Shown here: piece after piece, positions 9,159 through 20,668 of the stretch
Layout of the letters: every line of letters starts with the position of its first letter
Position numbering within the stretch: position 1 is the stretch's first letter
The notes under the pieces: generated by a model
Database searches by the model: none
What the model saw: the letters and a program-made list of their open reading frames with translations, nothing else
Told to the model about the DNA's origin: nothing
Translations under genes and position numbers: made by a program
Assembly: GCA_043228905.1 (NCBI GenBank)
Contig: JBHGNT010000464.1
Location: 1-23,859 of the forward strand
Direction of reading: 5' to 3'
Source: Azolla caroliniana
Lineage: Eukaryota; Plantae; Polypodiophyta
DNA length: 23,859 bases

Positions 9159-10340
9159 GTTGATTGCAATCTGCCCGAGACCTCCAAGCCGTCTCAAGCA
9201 CGGCAAACAATTATGTTTCAATCAAAGGCACAAGTGGCAAGGCGACGTGAAGGACACTGGGCCTTCAACACAATGAGACGAGCCATTCTACACGGTCGTC
9301 GATCGCGAGAACTACAATTGTTATGTATAAGTCGCACTCGTTGCTCAATCTGGACACGGTCAATCGTCCGCCACGCGCTTAGGAGCTGCGACACTCTTCC
9401 TATGCAAGCCACCTTCAATGAACTGGGCATAATATCGCCAGACCGCAACGAGACCACGTGCATGTTCGAAACACTGCCTCGCCAGGCACCCTTCAGCTGG
9501 ACTGCATGGAGGGGGGGAACACCATCAGCCGCGGGAATATTCCGCTGTGCGATGCCGGGGCACAGGGGGAGTCCAAGATTGATAAAGTGACGAGGTGATG
9601 CATGGATGGTGACCTCTTGACCCAGGGGCTGAGGCTTTGTCGTGGCTGGCGTTTAGCGAGATCAAAGTCGACAAAGTCAGCCTTGTCAACAATTCGCCGA
9701 TCGAACCTGGTCTAGGAAGATAGTTTGGACGATTCCAGAGGGACGCGGTCTGTGACTTGTCTAAAGGGCTTGATTCATACTTGCATTTGCACAAACGCTT
9801 GTAAGCCTGGAACCAACGTCTCTGCGACATGGGAATTGCCGTTGACCCGAATGAATCGCGATGATCCAAACCCGAATCGGCATTTCGCTGACAAACCGTC
9901 GCGGCGCGATGATCGGTCTGTTGGAGACAATGACGCGACAAGCGAGGATCGTTAGGGCGCAGAAAAACTCAGGCACCTTGTCGTGATGCTCCCCTAAGCA
10001 GCGTCCTCGGAAATTTTGTCTGGATTCAACCCAAAGCCGGACACTAGGCACAGGACATGACAGGCCTCGCTCGGGGTGCATACGGAAATGCCCCGTAATG
10101 CGGCAATCTCCGCGGAGTCATTGATGAAGCTCATGGTCGAAAATTCCTCGTCATCGTGAGACTCGGGGACCTTTCAAGGAAGCGAGCTTCTGGCGACGAG
10201 ATTCCCAGGTAAGGCCTCGCGATTTTACCTGCTCGCTCACGTCTTGCACGCCCCCTTCAATCTCGAGCACGCCCAAGCAAGCAAGCAGCGCGAGGAAGTC
10301 CTGCGATTAAAGATCCCGAGCGAACGCCGAGACGGACGCG

Positions 10341-11264
10341 ATGCGGCAACGACAGCTTCATCCGCCATGGAATTTCGACATTGATCAGTACGCCAACAAG
10401 GTCGTCCCGCCGCCGCCATGGAAGTACTTGCCCATGCCCGTGAAATGGTTCCTCGGGTACCGCGAGGATGGGCAGATGCGTGCTGTCGGGAACCTGGCGC
10501 CCATCTTCTGGGCGTTCATCGGCATCTTCTGCGCCATCTCCATCATTATCGTCGTTGATGAGAATATTCCCTCTTTCGAAGAGCGCAAAGTGCCTCTCAT
10601 CGTCGGGTCCTTTGTAAGTTCCCTACACGCGCTCGCGCGCATGCGCCTGTTGATTATGTGTTTGATGGTGTAGTGCTAATCCATACAAACGCAGGGCGCC
10701 GCCGCTGTCCTCGAGTTTTACTCAATTGAAGCGCCTCTCGCTCAACCTCGCAACGCGATCCTGGGCCAGGTCGTCTCCGCGTTCATCGGGATATGCGTGC
10801 AAAAGTTCTTCCTCCTGGGCGGCCGCTCCATGCTCGTCGACCACCGCTGGGCCGCCGGCGCGCTCGCCTGCGCAGCCGCAACGTCTTGCATGGCGCTCAC
10901 AAAGACGGTGCACCCACCCGCGGGCGCAACCGCTCTCCTCGCTGTCGTCGACGATAACCTTGTGAATCTCGGCTGGTTCCTACTGCCTGTGATCTTGCTG
11001 GGCTGTGCTCTGATGCTCGTCGTGGCACTGCTCGTCAACAACATCGAGAGGAGGTTCCCGTTGTACTGGTGGACACCAGAGCCGTTAACAAAAAAGGGCA
11101 GAGAAGAGAAGAAGAAGCAACAGGAGATGGATCAGAGGAAAGAGGAGGAGGAGGGCCGAGGGATCGAGATTGTGATCAGGAGGGGCGAGGTCATTTTGCC
11201 CAAGGATATGCAGCTGCTGGCCTACGACATGAATTATCTGGAAGGCTTGTCGGAAAGGCTATGA
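10341..11264 (+). CDS. HPP-family integral membrane protein, 2 exons (10341-10613, 10695-11264), ~280 aa
   Basis: Intron 10614-10694 (GTAAGT..GCTAAT..CAG) restores IVGSFGAAAVLEF...PLAQPRN. Signature TKTVHPPAGATALLA. Fungal-type NNIERRFPLYWW. Confidence 0.93.
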
Positions 11265-11467
11265 TGCTATGGCGTCTGCCTGGCATTTTGTGTCTCACAG
11301 CAAAATTTCGGGCATCAAGTTTTCTCAAAACCACTTGGTCCTTCGAGCTAGGGAAATTCGAGATGGCCAAGACGATGCAGTATTGAATCCAGAAACACGG
11401 TGTGTACATATAATGCGCGGCATGTCACGGACCGAATTGGTCAAAAACAGTTATGATGAGTACCAAC

Positions 11468-13246
11468 CTATAGAGAATAGATAAATTCCGGGTTCTCCCG
11501 ATCCGTCAAGTCCAGGAACTGCTGGTTCTCCAGCTTAATATACCCCTCTTGCGCACGAATCTCCGCCTTCTTGTGATTCTGTCTCCGCGCATACCACCAG
11601 ATGAACAAGATATCCACCACGCACGCCGCATAGCACGCCAGGATCGTGATCTGTCCCGGACGGTACTGCGGCGCGTCTTGCGGCCGGAATGTCTGCGGAC
11701 CGATGATATTGCCCGCGCAGTACGCGACCAGGTACATGGCCGCCACGGTAGTCTTCTTCGTCCAGCCGGCTACGTTTGTGGAGATGAGGGAGAGAAGCGC
11801 GACGAAGGGGGTAGGGGAGGCTTGGGTAAAGTAATACCCGATCAGACGCGGTACGGGGTGTGAGAGTGGGATGGCGACGATCATGGCGATGCCGACAATA
11901 GCCCAGAGCATGCCAACAGTCGAGATTAGCAAGCGCTGGCCGTAACGATCGCCGAGGTAGCCGCAGACGAGGAGCGCAAAAATCTCTATGGCGCCGCCCG
12001 GGCAGCCGTACAGTAGGGACTCCTCGGGCGAGTACCCAAAGGAGACGATGAGCTGGGAGAAGAAGTTTGTGATCCCGCCGTTGGGAATGTCGGCCACGAG
12101 GGCGTAAAAAACAAAGCCCCAGACCATGGGGTCCGTGAAAGCCTCCTTCACCTGATATACCTTGAACTTCTTATTGCCGATGCCCTGATTATTGATGCGG
12201 ATGCGGTGCACAGCAAGCTTCCGCTCCTCAGGGGTGAGGAACCTCGCGTTGAGCTGCGAATCCGGCATCAGCCAGAGAAACAAACCTCCCGCGGCGCACG
12301 TCAGCAACCCGCAAAACAGAAAGATTGCCTTCCACGGCGCAACCGTCCACGGCGTCCCACCCGCCGCCGCCTTCGCGCTGCCCCTCGCGAACCCGTACGC
12401 CACCAGCCCACCAAGAATCTGCGCAAAGCCGTTGAAGCAGAACCAGATGCTCGTGCGGAAGCCTTGCTCGTTCTTGGTGTACCACTGGGAAGTCATGAGA
12501 GCAAAGCCGGGGGTCACGGCGGCCTCGAACCAGCCGAGGAAGAAGCGGATGGTGACACCGCCGGCAAAGTTGGAGGTGGTGGCGAAGAGGCAGAGGATGA
12601 GACCCCACATGAGGACGTTGAAGGCGGTGTATTTCGCGAGGGGCAGGCGCTGGAGGATGCGGGAGGTTGGGAACTCCCATGCGATGTATCCTGGGAGGTG
12701 TCAGCGAGGGCGTTGCAAACAGAGGGTTTTGTTCGGTAAAGGCACAGGAAGAAAAGGCGGGGGAAGCGTACCAAAGTAGAACATGGAGCCGAGCCATTGG
12801 TAGTTGTCGCCTGAGAGGTTGAGATCTTGCTTCAATCCCATAATACTCGCATACGAAAGCGTGGTTTCTAAGCTCATCAGCACATATCCATCGTCGAGGT
12901 AATTCAACCCGTACACCACACACATCAGCTGCTCAAGTTAGCAAAACCATCCTCTCAGCCTCTTTCCGTGATATCCAGGGTTCGCAGCACGTGGGAAACT
13001 CACCGGCATCAGATTCCTGTCAATCTTCCTCAGCAGCCTCCGGTTTGTCTCATCGTCAATCACGACCTCGCCGTCCTCGCCCTGCACGGCTTTCAACCCC
13101 TCGTCGGCATCAAGGTCGTGATGAAAACCTTTGCCCATTTCCACCTTCTCGACTGAGGGAGACGTGTCCGTTGGCATTTTTTCGTGGGAGGGTGAGGGGT
13201 CGCTTCCGCCTTCTGCCATGGTACGAGGCTGCACTGGATCAGCCAT
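11468..13246 (-). CDS. MFS anion:cation symporter-family permease, Dal5 (allantoate/dipeptide)-like, 3 exons (13246-13004, 12928-12772, 12690-11468), ~540 aa
   Basis: Introns 13003-12929 (GTGAGT..GCTAAC..CAG) and 12771-12691 (GTACGC..GCTGAC..CAG). Motifs RKIDRNLMP, YQWLGSMFYFGY, RFFLGWFEA, QWYTKNEQ, NVAGWTKK, GNIIGPQTF and the terminal FLDLTDRENPEFIYSL typical of the Dal5 family. Confidence 0.93.
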
Positions 13247-13529
13247 GGTGTTGTTTCTGGGTGTTTGACCCGGTCCGTGGAATATCCTATGAATTCCTTC
13301 ACTATATCAAGCGCTGCGCAAATATAGCCTTGTGATCCGTGGATCTAGTAGGCGAAACGGGCAGACTAAATTCGGGCACAGGAATTCCCAGGTTGTCTCA
13401 CGGCCTCTTGATATTCTGATTGAACATGGACAGAGACAGGTGTTCTGATCTCGCGTGGATGAGGAAAGGGAGAAAGGTCTTTGAAACGCCCTCTCAAGCT
13501 GGAAGCAGAGCAGCAATTTTGAAAAGCCA

Positions 13530-13872
13530 AGATAGCTGGCTTCAAGCTGAAAAAGCAGAGCGAGTATGTCCTTATACTCATATCTCCAAGTTGGTTTATC
13601 TGCCGATCACTGCCGATCACATCTATCCCCGCTCTCTGGGCCTCAAGATAAGCGCACTTACGACAGGATACACTACTTTGGCGGCCGACGATCAATTCCC
13701 GACTACATACTGGCTGCACATGCGATTGGAGTAGCGATGACGAAAGGAGAATCGCCCCCTCGCTCCGACTCCGGTTCACTTCAGCTGAAATCCCACTAGC
13801 GATTGCACCTTCACTGTGGTTGGCTATGAGAGAGTGGAGGTGTATTTGGAGTAAAAAGCGATATCTTGATAG
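13530..13872. promoter_or_regulatory. Cluster of four HGATAR sites upstream of the Dal5-like permease (candidate AreA/NIT2 sites)
   Basis: AGATAG 13530-13535, TTATCT 13596-13601, AGATAA 13646-13651, TGATAG 13867-13872. GATA control of Dal5-type permeases is established; function of these particular sites is inferred. Confidence 0.4.
13601..13620. repeat. Perfect 10-bp tandem duplication (TGCCGATCAC)x2
   Basis: Read directly from the sequence. Confidence 0.9.
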
Positions 13873-14078
13873 AACTACAATACATCCTACGGCAGATCTC
13901 CGTGCGGGGTGCGTACCTGGAGTGGTATTCCCGGGGCCAGAGGAACATGGAGGCGGTCCGGGGTATTCACCTCCGTGTACTCCTCGGCATCCTCCTCAAT
14001 GCCGGCCGATGATCGGAGATCTAGATCTTTCAGTTGACAGGTGGCACTATTGGACTTATTATACAAAGTGATACATGT

Positions 14079-15884
14079 CTACAGGTCGGCCGCATCGCCG
14101 TTGCGGATAAAGTCATAGTAAAACTGCACCATCTGCACATGATCCGTCATCCTCACCCTCTCGTTGATGGTGTGGATGTTCTCCGATCCATCAGCTCGCA
14201 TAGGCGACCAGCGGAAGACGTTGGGCGTGAGTTCTGTTTTCCCTGTGTCAGCAGGATATCCTATTGTCTTGCCCAAATGATTTTCCAGAGGAAAAAGCTT
14301 ACTCAAGTAGTGGCGGGTATCAGTGTTGCCTGTCATAATCTCCCCGGCCGGCACAACGGTCTTGCCCTTCTCCTGGAAGCTGTACTGGATCGTGCCCGAC
14401 AACAGATCCCAAACCGGCCCCTCTGTGGGCGTCTTTGGCGTGACGTCCGTGCCCTCGCTGCTGCTCAGCACAATCGTGCCATTGTAGTCGACCTTGGTGG
14501 GCAGATCCCTCTTGTATACTCTCTCGATGGGATGTTGCTTGGCATAAGCTGCATACCCTTCGTCATCTTCAAACGCCTTGACCGTGAAGTCAAAGTCGTC
14601 AATAATGTCCTGGATGTTCTTCACAAGCGTGTGTTGGATCTTGGGGATGCTGTCGTGAGGGGCTACGCGGTAGTTGACGCCAGCTGTGGTGACCTCGGGC
14701 ATAGCATTGATCTTTTGTCCGCCAGAGATCATGTCAACAGCTTGCGACGTGCGAATGAGGTACTGAAGCGGGTACCGTCCAGCGACCAGCTTTGTCAGGC
14801 CGTCAAGATCCCCTTCCTTGACCAGCGAGGTCATCTCGGGATCAGCGTCGGGTGAGTACCTCGCCTGGCACTGCAGGTGCTCCAGGGTGGGGTGATCCTT
14901 GCCGAGCTTCGCCTCGTAGGGTTTGCTCTCGAGGGCGTTGATGAGCTGGGACATGATCCCGATGCCGGTGTGAGGGAAGGGCACAGAGGAGTGTCCACCG
15001 GTGACGTGAACCTCAATCCAGATGTCCACGTGACCCTTCTCCATCACTGCGGGAAGCGCGTAGAGAACATCACCTTGCTCCAAGATGTTCAACCCTCCTT
15101 CGTCCAAGATCAAAGCCAGCCCGTTCTCGCCGTACCGCTCATCAAGATGCTCGCCGATGTACTTTGCGCCTCTGAACCCAGAGCACTCCTCATCAAAGCC
15201 AAACGCCAGAATCAAGGTTCTCTTCGGCTGCCATGAGCTCTCGAGAAGGGCTTCCACGGCAGACATGAGGCCAGTGAGGGAGTTCTTGTCATCTGAGGAG
15301 CCACGACCGTAGAGCCACTCGCCGTCGTAGAGACCAGAGAAGGGAGGATGGGTCCAGGTGGATTCATCAGCTACAGGGACAACGTCCTGGTGAGCGGCGA
15401 GGAGGATGGGCTTGAGGGAGGTGTCTGAGCCTTCGAGGGTGTATACGAGGCCAAAAGTGTTGATCTTTTCGAGCTTGGCGTGTTTGTGGCTGTTTCCATC
15501 AGTATTTGGTATCTATAGCATCACTTATCGCAAGACTCACACCAAAGGGTACGATTTCTTCAAAACATCATGCAGCTCGTAAAACACATCCCATCTCGGA
15601 TCCTTTCCGATCTCACCCAGGTCATCATAGCAGATGGAGGGTACTCTCACGAGAGCCTGGTGTCTTTCAACCTGCTTCTTGAGGGCGCCGTCCGTGGCAA
15701 ACACATGGGCCGCGGAAGGCAGGTCATCTCCCGGTGCGATGACAGGAGGGAGCTTGCAAATCGAGTCCAATGATGTTTTCTGGGATCCGAGAGGGGCTTG
15801 GCCGAACGGGCTGAGAGAAAAAGGCACAAACGCGCTGGCGCTGCCCACGGTGGCAAGGAGGCCGAGGGAGGTTCTGAGAGCCAT
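14079..15884 (-). CDS. Peptidase M20 Gly-Xaa carboxypeptidase (carboxypeptidase S/Cps1-like), signal peptide, 3 exons (15884-15541, 15489-14303, 14233-14079), ~561 aa
   Basis: Signal-like MALRTSLGLLATVGSASA. Introns 15540-15490 (GTGAGT..ACTGAT..CAG) and 14302-14234 (GTAAGC..GCTGAC..CAG). Metal/catalytic motifs AHQDVVP, GRGSSDDK, FGFDEE, LDEGG, GGHSS, GNTDTRHY and IHTINE. Confidence 0.95.
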
Positions 15885-17033
15885 ATTGCCTGCTAGCTTG
15901 TTCACGGTGAGATGAATTGATTCCCAAGCTCGAGGAAGGAAGAGAGGTGGTGAAGCTGTGAAGAGGCTGACGAAGAGTGCCGAGGCCAAGATAAGGAACA
16001 CGGGAACAAGCACCGGACATGATGAGCCCGATGATGCGAAGCGGACCGGGACCGGAGGGAGGGGAGTGGATCGCTGCCAGAAGAGGAAGGTCGCAAGGCG
16101 CCTGTAGCGGGGGCTTTAGTGGAGGGACTTTGGTGAGTGGAGCGCTGTAGCGGCCGGTAACGCGAGTCATGTAACCCAGCCCTGTCAGGACCCGGCTACC
16201 CTGCACCCTGGAACTTTTGATAATCCAAAATGGCGTCACCTACCTTTGGGCGATGGCGGACTGGCATACTCTGATTAACAAGCTGGACTAAATGCAACGG
16301 GCGTCTCATACATGGTGTCCTGTCTCCGCATACTTGTACTTGTGCTACAAAGTTGAAGGAGTGAAGGTTGTTCCATCTCGTTTAGATAGCATATCGAAAA
16401 ATGGTGGATATGAGAGTTGCTTGGTTGCCACGGCATTTTGAGAACGAGGCAGGTCTTCTGTGGGCGAATTGAATACCAAGAGAAAGGCATATGAATCCCG
16501 AAAATGAAAAGAGTGAAACAATATGAATAGGTATATGCCAAATGTTGTCGTCTTGAAGCTTAATCTTTGTCTAACCCTGCCAATATGTGACCCTTGACCC
16601 TAACCCCCATCTCTTTTTCGCACAAGCCAGCACGCTTGTGCATCGCGATGCTGTGGTAATCAAAAGAAAGAAAAACAGAAATAAGATAATTCCAGCTGCC
16701 TTGAAATAGCATTGCTTACAAATAGCAAGGGTAGCATTGAACCAACTGGCCCTGTTGCGGCCATGGCGCCTCACATGTAGGGCGGGAGACCCTGCTACGA
16801 AACTGCTCAGCTCAACACCGTTGTATTTCCCATGAACCGTGATCTTTCACGCATGTCCGATCAGACTTCCCATACTTCATCATTTTTGGCCTCTGTTGTG
16901 GAATATCTTGCCCTCGCAATGCCGGACGCAAAATTCCACTGATCTTTAGTCTAAAACGTCTTAGGAGCCTGTATGCAAGACTCTCGGGCTCATTGAGCAG
17001 CAGTCGCAGCACGCCATCTCTGGGATCGAAACC

Positions 17034-19063
17034 ATGTCCCACGTTCCCCACCTGACCGACCAGGGTTTCCGGTGCGGAATCTGCAATAAAGCATTCGAAC
17101 GACGTAGGTTTTATTCGATCTGATGTGGCTGTCTTTCGGTAACGCCTAAAGTGACGTTCCAAGAGTTTGTGTCAACGGATGCTGACGCCCCGCCGCGGCT
17201 GTCTAGGTGATCTTCGAGACCGGCACAAGCGACGGTGCATACATTCCTTTGAAAAACCGAAACGATCAAAGCAGAGGTCCTGCAACGCTTGCGTCATATC
17301 GAAGCTCGGATGCGGCCAGGAGCAGCCGTCGTGCCGACGATGTCTCGTGAGGAACGTAAAGTGCGAGTATGCCAACGATCGGGGTGACGTCGATCCGTCA
17401 GCTGCGACGACTATCGCGAGAAATGACAAGCGGTCGCGAATAGCACGTGGGAATGGTGACAGCATGGAGTTTGCGAGAGGCTCGGCTGTTGGCAGCAGCG
17501 TAGAGGCTCGGCTGTTCCGGGCCTCGCCGCTCGACGTGGTTGGGTTGGGAAATCCAATGGACGATGTCTTGATTTCAGATGCGCTCCAAGGGGCGCAAAC
17601 GTCCGCGCCTGGGGTGTCTTCTGACACTTGTATAGCATCTGGGTGGACCCCTCCGTCGATGAACCAGAATCTGCAAGATAATTTCTCATTTGCAAGCCCC
17701 GGGTTCGAGATCGGCAGCAGCTCATTAATGGATTGGATGGGTGGCCCTCATCAGCTGAGTGGGATTGAAAAAGGGTTTGTGCCTCCATCAAGTCACGCTA
17801 TGCACCAGCCTGGTCATATTATGGACGATACGCTGCATGCCTCATATACGCTGGAGTTGAGCGCGAATGGCAATAGCACGGGACTAGGAACCGGAGATGA
17901 TGCAACTTTGGGCATAGAACATATGAGATTCGGGGCGGCAGCGGAAGCCGGCCAAATTTCAGAAAGCGGAAGAAAATCAAGTTTTTCAGCAAGGCCAGAA
18001 GAGCCGAGCCGAGATGTTGGAAGCTCAAGCGTCGAACATGAACCAAGAGGCTTTGGACATGGAGAAAGAGACGACGCCAGACATCAGACAGACGGGTCTT
18101 CCCCTAGGACCGTCTTGTCGCCAGAGGAAGTGGTCGATATTATCATGAGCTACCTTCCCATGATGGTCGGTCGCAAACCGCCGCCGCCGCCTTTTGTTCA
18201 CGACCAAATCTACCGCTGTGGTGAAGGTGATGTCGAGGAGCCGATTGCGAGGGCCATGGTATGCATCAACGCTCATTCGGGGGCCATGCCCAGCGGCCGC
18301 AAGATTGTGCAAGATCTTCTTAACACGGAGCGTGAACGTCTGATTGTCTCATTTGTGAGTCGAAATGCAGCATCCTTCACTTTTATCACTTTATGTGTTG
18401 AGGGCTTTTTCGCTCATACGGTCTTTTAACGTGACAGCCCCGATGCGCCACGCAGACAGAAATGATAGCCTCCCTCCACGCCATGGTGGTGTTCCAGATT
18501 CTCGGGCTTTTTGGTCAGTCCGTCGAAAATTCACGGGATGGTGAGATTCATCAGCGCCATCTACTGATAGTGAGTGTTTCCAAATGGCTTGCAAACCGCT
18601 CTGTCGTTGGTTGTCCGCGCTGCTCACTGTATTTCTCTAGATGTCACGTAAGATAGCACAGAAGTTCCGCAAAGATCTCACCGACACCCATCTCGGTTCT
18701 TCTACTTTAGGCTGGCGAGACTGGTGCTTTATTGAGACTGTGCGGCGTACCATCTTTCTCGTCCATGTCATCAATGTCGTCTCGGCCCTCCTTCGGAAAC
18801 AAAATCCGTTCTACTACGAGCCTTTGGACGACGAACTGGTGCTTGATATGCCCTTACCTGCAGCGGCGCCGCTGTGGGAGGCGGAATCAGAGGCATCTTG
18901 GCTGGCCGCTAAGGAGAGATTGGACGGGTATGCTACAACACAGCGGGAGCTGCAGAACAAAATGGAAGCAGCGCAGTATGACGATGAGGATACATTTGCC
19001 AGGCTGTTGAGGGAGAACCTGAGTGGACACGGGTTACCGGACACCGGGAACTTTCAGCCGTAA
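17034..19063 (+). CDS. Fungal transcription factor with one C2H2-like (C2HC) finger followed by a Zn(II)2Cys6 cluster, 4 exons (17034-17103, 17207-18354, 18438-18569, 18641-19063), ~590 aa
   Basis: Introns 17104-17206, 18355-18437 and 18570-18640 have GT..AG ends and keep frame (1773 nt). Spliced N-terminus FRCGICNKAFERRDLRDRHKRRC, then SCNACVISKLGCGQEQPSCRRCLVRNVKCEY. C-terminal WCFIETVRRT...LPAAAPLWEA is typical of this TF class. Confidence 0.92.
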
Positions 19064-19315
19064 TATGGTAACGATGAACACGAGTAAATGAGACATTGGC
19101 ACTACAACTGGATAGGTCATCGGGATCACGAGGGAGCGTCTTGTCACATAACAATGCCACACGAGAACGATGTAAGGGGAAGGCACCCATATGTGAGTTT
19201 TAAGCAACATATTGTTGGATTTAGCTGGGCTAACGGGGCTTCACTAGGCAAAGCAAAACAGCCCGTCAGGATAATTCAAAGGCATATTCATCCATTGTCA
19301 TTGAAATAAGAATCA

Positions 19316-20668
19316 CTAAGCGACCCTTATAGGCTGATATACGAATTTCGTGCCAAAGCCTTTGCCCGCATTCACAGCTGCCGTCGGGTCCTCGCCTGGT
19401 CCCACGGCCACCACGTTTCCAGGATAAAGCTTGCCAAACAGCGCCAGAGTGAGAACGTCACCCGCAATGGGGAATACATGAAGGGTTTCGGCTCTGGCGC
19501 TGTTATCATTATTCGAGTCCACCGGTTCAACAACAGAGTCGATGAGACCGGGGAGGTCGAGTGCGTCCCATATGTTGTGATTTCTGATCTCCGCCTGGAG
19601 TGTCGTCGAGGCGGCCTGAGCGCGTGTGATATAGCGGTAGCCGCGAGAAATCTGGCCAACGCAGTTGGAGAAGATATCATCAGAGACCTGATGCTGACGA
19701 CTGAACTCGGCAAAGAGGTTCACCCTATCCGGTTCGGTGAGTGGGCGGATTCGCATTTCTGCTCGGGCTGGCGGTATCGGTGAAAGACAAGAAAGGGGGT
19801 TTTCGTGCCCGAAAGAAGGGAGCGCAGTGCGCTGCGCTTCTTCATAGTTGACGTGCTCATACTCAAACACTACATTTGATTCGATGCTCGGTTCACGAGC
19901 GGGATAGTATCGAAGCAGGCTCCTTGTCTTTGACCCTCCTAAGAACGCAGGGAGGACTACGCCTTGGGAATATTGGAAGCCGAAGCCGCCAGAGGAAAGA
20001 TTCGGGGCCGTCAAAGCTTTCGCCATGTCGACGAGCGACTTTTGCGGCAGCTGTCCGGGCAGCAATTTCATGACCAGCGCGTTCGCTGGGCCCTCGAGAG
20101 CACGCATCCCGAGCTGGTCGAGGTCACTGCCCGACGTGATAATGATAGGGACCTCATGTCAGTTCTCAAACGGTAGCAAAGCATTACGAAGCAGGACAAC
20201 GCGATGAGACCACTCATTGTACAGCTGCATCACCACTCTGTCACCTCGTTTGCCCATAAGCTCGCCGACCACATCTTGTGTCCACAGGTAGCCATCACAA
20301 TGGCTGTTGATCACAAGATTTGGGTTGGTAGCTTCTGGATCCAAGGACTCGCGAGTGGCTTCCAAGAAAGCGTTGCCTATGAGATCAGCCTGGCGAATCA
20401 TCTCTGCGCGTGTGCCGTTGCCGCCGCCGCCAGGAGTTGTCCGCAACGGAAAGCTAGACTCCCGGCCTGAAGTTGCCAGAATGGCCTTGAGACCAGCGAT
20501 GAGGATGTCTCGCGTCCTGACCTGTTGCACTGGGTCTTGCCTGCCCACCCGACGAATGCAGGTGTCGAGGAGCGGCGCAAACATGGCGATGAGATGTGTG
20601 GCGCGGTAAACGCCTGGGGCAGGTTGATAGCCGCGGCTGAGGGCATCGGTGTTTCTGTTCCATGACAT
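19316..20668 (-). pseudogene. Hypothetical gene (~450 codons) interrupted by one in-frame TGA at 20161-20159: nonsense pseudogene or readthrough candidate
   Basis: ATG at 20668 (CAAAATG; MSWNRNTD). The track ORFs 20159-20986 and 19316-20107 are in the same frame and separated only by the TGA plus 17 sense codons: ...LLPFEN*HEVPIIITSGSDLDQLGMRALEGP... Confidence 0.75.

Noticed and set aside
9159-9221. N-terminal extension of the large ORF to 965 aa
   Set aside because: Begins at TTG; the ATG at 9158 has a good context.
15885-16013. Hydrophobic in-frame extension upstream of the peptidase ATG, resembling a membrane anchor
   Set aside because: Starts at GTG with no in-frame ATG seen; pyrimidine-rich 5' UTRs translate as hydrophobic; the ATG at 15884 already gives a signal peptide.
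16571-16608. CTAACCC/CCCTAACCC telomere-like words (also at ~22877)
   Set aside because: Isolated single units, not tandem arrays.
20159-20161. Selenocysteine interpretation of the in-frame TGA
   Set aside because: Ascomycetes lack the Sec machinery, there is no redox-type motif around the codon, and no SECIS was identified.
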